Assembly (NCBI GenBank): GCA_964016885.1
Contig: OZ024743.1
Span: 434,001-498,000, forward strand
DNA length: 64,000 nucleotides
DNA from: Eledone cirrhosa
Lineage: Eukaryota
Direction of reading: 5' to 3'
A program made the translations under genes and the position numbers. The notes under the pieces were generated by a model, which ran no database searches, was not told the origin of the DNA, and worked only from the letters and a program-made list of their open reading frames with translations. Shown one piece after another: positions 13,160 through 24,800 of this stretch; position 1 is the stretch's first letter; each line of letters begins with the position of its first letter.

Positions 13160-15715
13160 TTTACCCCTGTGTTCTATCTTAGCATGTTGGTAGAGCACAG
13201 ATGATTCTTTACTATCTTGGAGGTCTCGCCAGTGTTCATTTATTCGTTCCCCTATACTACGAGCTGTCTCACCTATGTACACTATATTTTTGTTTCTACA
13301 TTGTCCTTCAGTACATCTTATGCTATATACTACATTTCTAGTTTTACAGTTAATATGGGGGCTTATTTTACAGGTTATACATTTCTTATCTATACATGAG
13401 GGTCTTTGGAACGGGTATGTCTTGCTAATAAGTGTTTTTACGGAGGTACCAGGTCTTTCTACTATCTTAATATTGAGATTATGTTTCTTTAGGGCCCTTC
13501 TAAATTTGTAGGCTAGTTCGCCTCTAGGGGTTGTATTGATGAACATTACACTCTGGTATTTATTGCTATCATACCATGAGTTTATTCTATTGGCCTTGTT
13601 CTTAGTTCTTTCTATTCTATTCCAAAATTTGCTCCTATACAAGGGGCAGGTCCCATTTATGTCATTATTTACCATTTTTTCCCATTTGGTTCTGGCTCCT
13701 TTATACACTCTGATTCTATCTCTCTGATTGTAGCCAGAGAACTGCATACGGTGGATGAAGTGTTGTATGTGTCTCTCTAGTTCTTCGGGGTTGCACATGC
13801 GGGACACATTTCTCATCACCCGTATCAAATCCGCAATCAGTATGTTGATTTTGGTATGGTCCGAAATGGCCGAGTTTCGGTGGATCAGATGTTTGGAAGT
13901 CATGGGTTTGGCATAATGGGAATGGAGGATTTGTTTTTGGTTGTTAATAGTATCTAACCAGAGCTCTGTGTCTAGTACAGGTAATCGATGGTTGGGGTGT
14001 CTACTTGGGTAGTCTATAGTAACTCTAATGCTCTGGTGGATGGAGTTTGCTATTTGCTGGATGCTTTCCATTGTGTTTTTCTCTGGTTCCTGACTGTTCT
14101 TTAGTGGGGGTGTCTTAACTACGATGTTTATATCATCTACGTAGCGGGAGTACATTATCAGGGTTAAGCTGTCTTCTAATTGTTCTTTAAGTTTTTGTTT
14201 AAGTCTACTGTCCCACCATACCATGAACAAGTTAGCTATGTCGCCTGCAATGCTAACACCAATGGCTGCTCCTTCCTCTTGGGCATATGTTTTACCATTA
14301 AATTTGAACATATGTTCCTTAAGGGTTAATTTTATGCTGGCCCCTACCGCATGTGCAATCATTTTCTTCAGTTCATCGTGGTTTTCGGGTGTCCGTATGG
14401 CTCTGGTCCACCCGTTCCATCTATCTGTGTGGGTTTTCTTGGCCATTGAGGTAATGGTAGGTGGTCTGCCTCTTGCTGGTCTTGTAGGGCACAGGTTGCT
14501 AAGGTCATAAGTGTCTAGGTAACTATTACTATGGGTAAGCTTAAGTAGAAGTCCCAGCTCACTGGTATCAATCCCACGGAACTCAACCTTGCTCTCGCCG
14601 ATCATTTCGACGCATTTCTCCACAGCAAAATCCACGTCAATAGATGGATACAGGGACACAACATCCATACTGCCTATTATGCAGTTTGTTAGGTCCCCAG
14701 ATCGGTTACCCGCGCCGATTCTGCTGAGGAGGTCCTCCGTGCTGTCACACACATCTGGGGACATCTCAATGATGGGGCGTATGATCAGGGAGAGGAAGAG
14801 GAAGTAGGACAGTCTGTCGTTACTAGCAATGTTAGCCCCACAGACTGGCCGTGTTGGTGGTCCCGCGACAGGGTCCCAGCCCGTTTTATGGTCTTTTCGA
14901 AGCCCATACAACGCCGGCACGTCATTGTTCCAGGCCTGGAAGTTGTTGGCAGTCCTTTTGTTGGGCTGCATTATATTTGTCCACATCACCATATGGGCAT
15001 TGAGGGTTTTTTCTCTATCCTCATGCTCCTGTGGTGTTACCTCTCTTGTGTTAGTGATGTGGGGTTGCATTGCCTGGATGTAGTTTGGCAGGCTGTCAAC
15101 CGACATTCTGCCAGACTTGTCTGTTGGAAAGCATGCTATCTCTCCATTACGCGAGCGCTGCATGAGCTTACGCAAGCCATTTGCAGATTCTTCTCCCAGT
15201 TGCTGGGCCTCTATTCTATTATGCTTCTTGCTATACTGTTCTATAATATTTCTAAGTTCGGATTTAGCTATACTAAATTGTGCTTCTGTTTGTTCATCGA
15301 CCTGCGACGGCAACTGCGTGCGTTTGTTAAATGGCAAAGTCGTGGCGTGGACTCGTCGTAGGTCGAATGATTTATCGGAGGGGTTATAAAACGGAGAGTT
15401 CCAGGCTGTTGCTTTATGTGTACTAGTGCTATTGTTAGTTGTGTTGTTTCTATTTCCACCAACAGCAGCAGCCTCAGCTTCATGGTTGTTTCTATGTCTC
15501 TCATAATTACTCCTGTCTCTTTCCACTGGCTCAATGTTGTTATCTACCCTATTTTGTGTGTCTGTGTGTTCGTCTTGGTTATTCTCTTTGTCCTTAGTCT
15601 CCCTACTCCTTTTAATCCTATTACTTTCTCTTATTTCTCTGATTTCTGTGCTACTGTCATTACTTGTTTTCTGTGTCTGTGTGTTTGTTAAGATTGTAGT
15701 GGTGGTGAGAGGCAT
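13013..15715 (-). CDS. PLE reverse transcriptase plus GIY-YIG endonuclease (main part of the polyprotein)
   Basis: Motifs PTDKSGRM, LYGLRKDHK, TRPVCG, SMDVVSLYPSI, QEEGAAIG, RYVDDI, LPVLD, then a Cys-rich linker and NVVYSIRC...VYIGETAR...RINEH...R..TEA. Confidence 0.92.
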   Translation of the reverse strand: MPLTTTTILTNTQTQKTSNDSSTEIREIRESNRIKRSRETKDKENNQDEHTDTQNRVDNNIEPVERDRSNYERHRNNHEAEAAAVGGNRNNTTNNSTSTHKATAWNSPFYNPSDKSFDLRRVHATTLPFNKRTQLPSQVDEQTEAQFSIAKSELRNIIEQYSKKHNRIEAQQLGEESANGLRKLMQRSRNGEIACFPTDKSGRMSVDSLPNYIQAMQPHITNTREVTPQEHEDREKTLNAHMVMWTNIMQPNKRTANNFQAWNNDVPALYGLRKDHKTGWDPVAGPPTRPVCGANIASNDRLSYFLFLSLIIRPIIEMSPDVCDSTEDLLSRIGAGNRSGDLTNCIIGSMDVVSLYPSIDVDFAVEKCVEMIGESKVEFRGIDTSELGLLLKLTHSNSYLDTYDLSNLCPTRPARGRPPTITSMAKKTHTDRWNGWTRAIRTPENHDELKKMIAHAVGASIKLTLKEHMFKFNGKTYAQEEGAAIGVSIAGDIANLFMVWWDSRLKQKLKEQLEDSLTLIMYSRYVDDINIVVKTPPLKNSQEPEKNTMESIQQIANSIHQSIRVTIDYPSRHPNHRLPVLDTELWLDTINNQKQILHSHYAKPMTSKHLIHRNSAISDHTKINILIADLIRVMRNVSRMCNPEELERHIQHFIHRMQFSGYNQRDRIRVYKGARTKWEKMVNNDINGTCPLYRSKFWNRIERTKNKANRINSWYDSNKYQSVMFINTTPRGELAYKFRRALKKHNLNIKIVERPGTSVKTLISKTYPFQRPSCIDKKCITCKISPHINCKTRNVVYSIRCTEGQCRNKNIVYIGETARSIGERINEHWRDLQDSKESSVLYQHAKIEHRGKLESIEIKIESTHKKDAMFRQITEAVSIKELQPKLNRKYEWNSNITTYN

Positions 15716-16809
15716 TGAATGTGTGTGTGTTGTTGTTGTTGATGTGTGTTGTTGTCTCCGTGTGTGTGTGTGTTATCGTTGTTGTGTGTGTTGTTATTGT
15801 TGTTTGTGTTTGCGTGTCTGTTGTTGTTGTATCTGGGTATGTTGCTGTTGTTGTTGTTGTTGATGTGTGTGTTGTTGTTATTGTTGTCTCCGTGTGTGTT
15901 GTTATTGTTGTTTGTGTCTGCGTGTCTGTTGTATCTGGGTATGTTGCTATTGTTGGTGTTGTATCTGGGTATGTTGCTATTGTTGTTGTTATTGTTGTTT
16001 GTGTCTGTGTGTCTGTTGTTGTTGGGATGTGTGTTGTATATGTGTGTGCGTATATTGTTGCTTTTGTTTTTGTTTTTGATGCTCCAGCGTAGTTTCGTAA
16101 ATGATTTTTCTATTTCTGACAGACAACTAATCATATTTACCTTCTTGAATGTCGCAAATTTGGGTGGCAGACGTAACACAGACATTTCATTATTATCTAT
16201 TTTCGTGTTTCCATAAATGTTGGTATTTTCATTGTTGAACTCTTCAGATAATGAGGTGTCGGCCATGTTGATACCGTCAATTTTGTCGGGATATCTATTG
16301 GTATACTCTATAGTATCCCGATTTAGCTTTGCCTGTTTAAGCCACTTTAATTTTCTGTTAAAGTGCTTATTACATTCTTGAGTAATGTACTGTTCTTCGG
16401 GGCGTATAAGGCTTATAAATGTTAGTTTTTCTGCTGGTGTGGTGATTTTAGATATTTCATCTATTAGGTTACGCTTTAGTTTTTCTTGATGACTTAATTC
16501 TCTATAGATCTTCTTTTTTATGTTTAGAATTAAAGTTCGTTTTAGCCTATCTGCTTGTTTTTTGGTGAGTTGTAATCTTCTAACGTCGGTATTGATGGTG
16601 TTGGTGTAGATTCTAGAAGTGGTGCACAGTTTTATGAAGTGTAGTTGTCGAGATGTTATGGTTTTTCGTAGACAACAGAACATGGTGGTTTTCAGTATCT
16701 TGTTAGCCTGGCTAAGGCTTACGATATTTCGTTTCTGAATTTGTTTAGCAAGATTCTTTATCTGAAATCGTGTGTTGAAACCGATATTGTTATACTTTGG
16801 GAGGGTCAT
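15688..16809 (-). CDS. PLE N-terminal region (basic, then Asn/Thr/His low-complexity); probably the same ORF as 13013-15715 split by a frameshift
   Basis: About 370 open codons from the ATG at 16809. VLRLPPKFATF...EIEKSFTKLRW resembles the PLE pre-RT region. Overlaps the downstream ORF inside a CA/CAA-rich tract. Confidence 0.7.
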   Translation of the reverse strand: MTLPKYNNIGFNTRFQIKNLAKQIQKRNIVSLSQANKILKTTMFCCLRKTITSRQLHFIKLCTTSRIYTNTINTDVRRLQLTKKQADRLKRTLILNIKKKIYRELSHQEKLKRNLIDEISKITTPAEKLTFISLIRPEEQYITQECNKHFNRKLKWLKQAKLNRDTIEYTNRYPDKIDGINMADTSLSEEFNNENTNIYGNTKIDNNEMSVLRLPPKFATFKKVNMISCLSEIEKSFTKLRWSIKNKNKSNNIRTHIYNTHPNNNRHTDTNNNNNNNSNIPRYNTNNSNIPRYNRHADTNNNNNTHGDNNNNNTHINNNNNSNIPRYNNNRHANTNNNNNTHNNDNTHTHGDNNTHQQQQHTHIQCLSPPLQS

Positions 16810-17430
16810 GTTGCCAATAAGAAACACACGCACCAGTTGCTTTCACTTCAATTTAATTTAATATATATTTATAAATTTACAAATTTATAAATTTCTGGTT
16901 GGTTGGTTGGTTCCACAACCAGATAGTTGTTTATATATATATAGTCATAGTTCTTTCGTCACACACTCTGTGACCTCTTCAGTGACTGGGGATTTCTTTC
17001 TTCGTTTCTGTGCCTTTCCTTTCTTCTATCCTACGCCATTTTGTTTGTGTGTGGGTTGCGTGCTCAGTTTGCGCATGCGCCACATCCGGGTGTCTGTGTG
17101 TGTTTGTGTTCATTTTTCTATTTTTCTATTTATATTTGTTTGTTTATTTATTTATTTATTGTTGGTTGGTTGTTTGTTCTATGTGTGTGTGTGTTTTCAT
17201 TTTGTCTTGTGTGTGTTTTCATTTTGTGTGTGTTTTCAATTGTAAGTTGTTTGTTCTATGTGTGTGTGTGTTTTCATTTTGTCCTTAATTGTAAGTTGTG
17301 ATGTTGCTGTTCCACTCATATTTTCTATTTAATTTTGGTTTTAATTCTTTTATGCTTACTGCCTCTGTAATTTGCCTAAACATTGCGTCTTTCTTGTGTG
17401 TGGATTCTATTTTTATTTCTATGCTCTCTA

Positions 17431-17431
<1 letters not shown>
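16724..17431 (-). repeat. PLE 5' pseudo-LTR (ORF 3' end, UTR, HHR, ORF start)
   Basis: Direct repeat of 12452-13159. Confidence 0.9.
16943..16987 (-). ncRNA. Minimal type I hammerhead ribozyme in the PLE 5' pLTR
   Basis: Identical to 12671-12715. Confidence 0.8.
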
Positions 17432-18165
<734 letters not shown>

Positions 18166-18166
18166 C

Positions 18167-18224
<58 letters not shown>

Positions 18225-18228
18225 CCGT

Positions 18229-18362
18229 AGGCGGCGAATTGGCAGAGTCATTAGAACGTTGGATAAAATGCTTTGCGGTTTCCGTGGAGTTCAAATCGTG
18301 TCGAGCTCAACTTTGCATATCATCCTTAAAAGGTGGATAAAAAGTAGCACTACTGGAGTCGA
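18229..18362 (+). mobile_element. Diverged tRNA-derived SINE
   Basis: ttggcagagtc...gagttcaaatc...ctttgcatatcatcct. Confidence 0.6.
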
Positions 18363-18464
18363 TACTCTCTCTCTATATCTGTCTTACTCTGGTGAAAGGT
18401 GGGGTTCTCTTCTTCGCTAAACTCCGCCAGTTGGAGACTGCACATCAACATGAAATATTTTTCT

Positions 18465-19260
18465 TCACAAAGTTCGATCACCAGGAGCAGAGTTTAAAGA
18501 GCAAAGATCAAGTCCAGTCCATAAGTTGACATTATCAAGCCATCGTTTTGGCTGCTGGCCTCTGCTTCTCTTACCAACCAACCTTCCTTCCAGGCATAAC
18601 CTACTCACACCACGAGTTGGTCTTTTTATATGACTATAGTTTGAGTACTCTTGACTTGACAATTGGTCTAAGTTTGTAATGTTGAGCAGCTCACTGATAC
18701 AGATATGATCGCTGAGCCGCTTGCCAGTCATAAGTCTCATGATGTGATTCTGGAATGTAGAGAGCTTCTGAAGTGACCTCGTCGTCCAATTAACACAGTC
18801 AAGACCATATAACACAACTGGTAAGATGTAAGTATTGAAGATCTTAGACTTCAAATGTTAGGAAACTCGTTTTGATGTTAGTACTTCCTTGTTCTTGTTG
18901 AAAGCTGCCCAACTTAGAGCGATGCGATACTGCGCATCAACCATTCCATTGTTGTCTGATGATAGTTTGTAACCGAAATATACAAACTCCGTAACTTGAG
19001 CAATTTGCTGGTTGTAGATTGTGAGTTGGAGATTGGCATTGTTTTTATCAGTTGTCATTCACTTTGTTTTGGAGATGTTTATGTGTAAGCCAGTCTCCAG
19101 CGAATATTTGGCCAGTACATTCAGAAAGTCTTGCAGATCAGTTTTAGAGTAATTCATGACGGCCAGGTCGTCTGCATAGCTAAGATTTGATAGGAGTTTA
19201 CCTTCTATTTGATAACCAGAGGAGCATTCTTTTTCAGTTTGGTAGATAATTGTAGCTATA
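18465..19260 (-). pseudogene. Degraded RTE-like LINE RT 3' fragment
   Basis: NLSYADDLAV near 19165-19190, INISKTK, FVYFG, KIFNTYILPVVLYG, LEGRLVGKRSRGQQPKRW. Stops and frameshifts present. Confidence 0.8.
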
Positions 19261-19454
19261 ACTATACAGAAAAGAAACCAGAAAAGGAACCAGGTTTAAA
19301 ATACACAAGACACATTGTTTGTCACTAGGACACTCCTGCGGCTTCATCAGGGGTTTAGATTATCCAGTCATCAGAGTATTCGGTTTATTTTCTTTACATA
19401 TTGTCCAGGCATGCAGTTTTTCCGCGATTAGGTCTGTTGGCGACCCACGTTCCA

Positions 19455-20081
19455 AAATACCTTATCCCGTGCAACGCCGGGTACCACTGCTAGTATATAT
19501 ATACAATTGAGGATGTCTGTCTGTGTGTGTGTAAGTTTGAATCCCTAAAACTTGAGAAGCACCCAACCGATGGTTTTCAAACTTTACACATGTAATACTT
19601 ATGTTTCAGGGAGTATTCTGAGCAAAAAACGGATTCAAACTTTCAATGCCCTAGGGACCGCATTAGGCAATTTAGCGATCTCTCTCTATAATTCTTAGTA
19701 TTTCTCTTTTTAGATACATACATATAACGTCGCGCCCTTATAATATCTGTCTGTATGTCTGGCTGTCTGCATTACGTCACTTCCCACAATTCCCTCTGCG
19801 TCCAGAACGCACCCTTATAATATCTGTCTCTCTGTCTGGCTGGCTGCTGCCTCCGGTTACTCTGCCACCCTTGCTCAAGACAGATCTCACACTCATTCCC
19901 AAAACAGTTGGTAAGTGCACACAACTTCTTCCTCGCGTTTTAAGCCACAGTGTTGCTTACTTACGTACCACCAGACCCTTACTTCTTTGCCAGCCGTGGT
20001 TGTGGCAATACTAAGCTTAGCTAAGGCGGTTATATATTTCACAATACCTTATCCCGTGCAAGGCTGGGTACCACTGCGGGT
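19455..20081 (+). mobile_element. Non-autonomous Helitron-like elements in tandem
   Basis: 3' hairpin cccgtgcaacgccggg followed by CTAG at 19490-19493. The next copy starts with TATATATA...GTCTGTCTGT and ends with a similar hairpin near 20053-20081. Confidence 0.6.
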
Positions 20082-20264
20082 ATATTATAAAGAAGAGTGA
20101 CGGTTTTATATAATAAACAAAGGATGAACATTAAAAACCCTCACTCTTCTTTATAATACCGATACTCCGGTTGATACCTTATTGATAACATTTTAGGGAT
20201 TACAAGTCATACAGTGCTTTAAGTCTGTTTGTGGATTATCTGATCAACCAACTTTCCTAAATTA

Positions 20265-20326
<62 letters not shown>

Positions 20327-20341
20327 CTGTGTGTGTGTGTA

Positions 20342-20415
<74 letters not shown>

Positions 20416-20741
20416 AGTGTGTGTAGTATTTGTTTGTGTGTGTGTCAGTGTGTGTAGTATTTGTTTGTGTGTGTATTATTGTTTTATGTATATTACAGTT
20501 TCAAAATCTTCATGAAGATTGTCTATAGAGTATTTGGAACAACAAAATTCGGAAGTCCATAATTCTGCCATCGTTTCCAGACCTCCTTGTCACTATCAAC
20601 AGCATTTTTACTACCACTTTTATTATAGTCATAGAATGTTTATGCAGATTTAGTGACCTTGCCATCATTGATACGTATTATTTAATAACCCATATACGGG
20701 CACACATGCACACACACACACAGTTACACCCACATATACAC

Positions 20742-20778
<37 letters not shown>

Positions 20779-21067
20779 CAAATAACGAAACGAAATTAAA
20801 TTTCGTTTCGTTTGTAACTCACTTTTGTATGACTGACGCTTAAACAATTAAGTTAAAGATGTACATCCATATATGTATACTGAAATACTAGTATGTATAT
20901 GAATACACACACGTATACATATGTAGATGTACCAAGTTTTTTCACTGGTCACTTTACTGTGAGTGGCCAGCTATTCTGTATGTAAACACACAGACAAACC
21001 GGTTTTTAGAGTCATACTGGTTTTTGAGGAAACACCTTTCCTCTATTCTCCAGAAAGCCAGACAAGG

Positions 21068-21112
21068 AATATTGAACTAGTTTCGTTGTTGTTACAACTC
21101 ATCAGCAATATT
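21068..21112 (-). ncRNA. Minimal type I hammerhead (inverted arm; second copy at 21535-21579)
   Basis: Reverse complement of the 21784-21828 motif. Confidence 0.85.
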
Positions 21113-21783
21113 TACCTATCTTCCGGCCTCTCTAGAGAATCGTAAAAGCACATATCGTTATATGCTTTTTCTATGAAAATTAGTAGTGGGCAGACTAATT
21201 TGCATAGAGTGTGAGTAAGTACCGGTTCAACGGAGACGATAAAAACAAATAACGAAACGAAATTAAATTTCGTTTCGTTTGTAACTCACTTTTGTATGAC
21301 TGACGCTTAAACAATTAAGTTAAAGATGTACATCCATATATGTATACTGAAATACTAGTATGTATATGAATACACACACGTATACATATGTAGATGTACC
21401 AAGTTTTTTCACTGGTCACTTTACTGTGAGTGGCCAGCTATTCTGTATGTAAACACACAGACAAACCGGTTTTTAGAGTCATACTGGTTTTTGAGGAAAC
21501 ACCTTTCCTCTATTCTCCAGAAAGCCAGACAAGGAATATTGAACTAGTTTCGTTGTTGTTACAACTCATCAGCAATATTTATTGTTTAAGCGTCAGTCAT
21601 ACAAAAGTGAGTTACAAACGAAACGAAATTTAATTTCGTTTCGTTATTTGTTTTTATCGTCTCCGTTGAACCGGTACTTACTCACACTCTATGCAAATTA
21701 GTCTGCCCACTACTAATTTTCATAGAAAAAGCATATAACGATATGTGCTTTTACGATTCTCTAGAGAGGCCGGAAGATAGGTA

Positions 21784-21828
21784 AATATTGCTGATGAGTT
21801 GTAACAACAACGAAACTAGTTCAATATT
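21784..21828 (+). ncRNA. Minimal type I hammerhead; further copies start at 22251, 22718, 23185, 23652, 24119 (mutant), 24586, 25053, 25520, 25987, 26454
   Basis: AAUAUUG-CUGAUGA-GUUGU(AACA)ACAAC-GAAA-CUAG-UU-CAAUAUU. Stem I 7 bp, stem II 5 bp, palindromic mini stem III (AACUAGUU), GUU site. Confidence 0.88.
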
Positions 21829-24800
21829 CCTTGTCTGGCTTTCTGGAGAATAGAGGAAAGGTGTTTCCTCAAAAACCAGTATGACTCTAAAAACCGGTTT
21901 GTCTGTGTGTTTACATACAGAATAGCTGGCCACTCACAGTAAAGTGACCAGTGAAAAAACTTGGTACATCTACATATGTATACGTGTGTGTATTCATATA
22001 CATACTAGTATTTCAGTATACATATATGGATGTACATCTTTAACTTAATTGTTTAAGCGTCAGTCATACAAAAGTGAGTTACAAACGAAACGAAATTTAA
22101 TTTCGTTTCGTTATTTGTTTTTATCGTCTCCGTTGAACCGGTACTTACTCACACTCTATGCAAATTAGTCTGCCCACTACTAATTTTCATAGAAAAAGCA
22201 TATAACGATATGTGCTTTTACGATTCTCTAGAGAGGCCGGAAGATAGGTAAATATTGCTGATGAGTTGTAACAACAACGAAACTAGTTCAATATTCCTTG
22301 TCTGGCTTTCTGGAGAATAGAGGAAAGGTGTTTCCTCAAAAACCAGTATGACTCTAAAAACCGGTTTGTCTGTGTGTTTACATACAGAATAGCTGGCCAC
22401 TCACAGTAAAGTGACCAGTGAAAAAACTTGGTACATCTACATATGTATACGTGTGTGTATTCATATACATACTAGTATTTCAGTATACATATATGGATGT
22501 ACATCTTTAACTTAATTGTTTAAGCGTCAGTCATACAAAAGTGAGTTACAAACGAAACGAAATTTAATTTCGTTTCGTTATTTGTTTTTATCGTCTCCGT
22601 TGAACCGGTACTTACTCACACTCTATGCAAATTAGTCTGCCCACTACTAATTTTCATAGAAAAAGCATATAACGATATGTGCTTTTACGATTCTCTAGAG
22701 AGGCCGGAAGATAGGTAAATATTGCTGATGAGTTGTAACAACAACGAAACTAGTTCAATATTCCTTGTCTGGCTTTCTGGAGAATAGAGGAAAGGTGTTT
22801 CCTCAAAAACCAGTATGACTCTAAAAACCGGTTTGTCTGTGTGTTTACATACAGAATAGCTGGCCACTCACAGTAAAGTGACCAGTGAAAAAACTTGGTA
22901 CATCTACATATGTATACGTGTGTGTATTCATATACATACTAGTATTTCAGTATACATATATGGATGTACATCTTTAACTTAATTGTTTAAGCGTCAGTCA
23001 TACAAAAGTGAGTTACAAACGAAACGAAATTTAATTTCGTTTCGTTATTTGTTTTTATCGTCTCCGTTGAACCGGTACTTACTCACACTCTATGCAAATT
23101 AGTCTGCCCACTACTAATTTTCATAGAAAAAGCATATAACGATATGTGCTTTTACGATTCTCTAGAGAGGCCGGAAGATAGGTAAATATTGCTGATGAGT
23201 TGTAACAACAACGAAACTAGTTCAATATTCCTTGTCTGGCTTTCTGGAGAATAGAGGAAAGGTGTTTCCTCAAAAACCAGTATGACTCTAAAAACCGGTT
23301 TGTCTGTGTGTTTACATACAGAATAGCTGGCCACTCACAGTAAAGTGACCAGTGAAAAAACTTGGTACATCTACATATGTATACGTGTGTGTATTCATAT
23401 ACATACTAGTATTTCAGTATACATATATGGATGTACATCTTTAACTTAATTGTTTAAGCGTCAGTCATACAAAAGTGAGTTACAAACGAAACGAAATTTA
23501 ATTTCGTTTCGTTATTTGTTTTTATCGTCTCCGTTGAACCGGTACTTACTCACACTCTATGCAAATTAGTCTGCCCACTACTAATTTTCATAGAAAAAGC
23601 ATATAACGATATGTGCTTTTACGATTCTCTAGAGAGGCCGGAAGATAGGTAAATATTGCTGATGAGTTGTAACAACAACGAAACTAGTTCAATATTCCTT
23701 GTCTGGCTTTCTGGAGAATAGAGGAAAGGTGTTTCCTCAAAAACCAGTATGACTCTAAAAACCGGTTTGTCTGTGTGTTTACATACAGAATAGCTGGCCA
23801 CTCACAGTAAAGTGACCAGTGAAAAAACTTGGTACATCTACATATGTATACGTGTGTGTATTCATATACATACTAGTATTTCAGTATACATATATGGATG
23901 TACATCTTTAACTTAATTGTTTAAGCGTCAGTCATACAAAAGTGAGTTACAAACGAAACGAAATTTAATTTCGTTTCGTTATTTGTTTTTATCGTCTCCG
24001 TTGAACCGGTACTTACTCACACTCTATGCAAATTAGTCTGCCCACTAATAATTTTCATAGAAAAAGCATATAACGATATGTGCTTTTACGATTCTCTAGA
24101 GAGGCCGGAAGATAGGTAAATATTGCTGATAAGTTGTAACAACAACGAAACTAGTTCAATATTCCTTGTCTGGCTTTCTGGAGAATAGAGGAAAGGTGTT
24201 TCCTCAAAAACCAGTATGACTCTAAAAACCGGTTTGTCTGTGTGTTTACATACAGAACAGCTGGCCACTCACAGTAAAGTGACCAGTGAAAAAACTTGGT
24301 ACATCTACATATGTATACGTGTGTGTATTCATATACATACTAGTATTTCAGTATACATATATGGATGTACATCTTTAACTTAATTGTTTAAGCGTCAGTC
24401 ATACAAAAGTGAGTTACAAACGAAACGAAATTTAATTTCGTTTCGTTATTTGTTTTTATCGTCTCCGTTGAACCGGTACTTACTCACACTCTATGCAAAT
24501 TAGTCTGCCCACTACTAATTTTCATAGAAAAAGCATATAACGATATGTGCTTTTACGATTCTCTAGAGAGGCCGGAAGATAGGTAAATATTGCTGATGAG
24601 TTGTAACAACAACGAAACTAGTTCAATATTCCTTGTCTGGCTTTCTGGAGAATAGAGGAAAGGTGTTTCCTCAAAAACCAGTATGACTCTAAAAACCGGT
24701 TTGTCTGTGTGTTTACATACAGAATAGCTGGCCACTCACAGTAAAGTGACCAGTGAAAAAACTTGGTACATCTACATATGTATACGTGTGTGTATTCATA

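Noticed and set aside
16225-16250. CTGAAGA...GAAA on the minus strand
   Set aside because: Lies within the PLE coding frame with no stems I or III.
20083-20158. Small ~26-bp-arm hairpin
   Set aside because: Short, AT-rich and seen only once. No supporting context.
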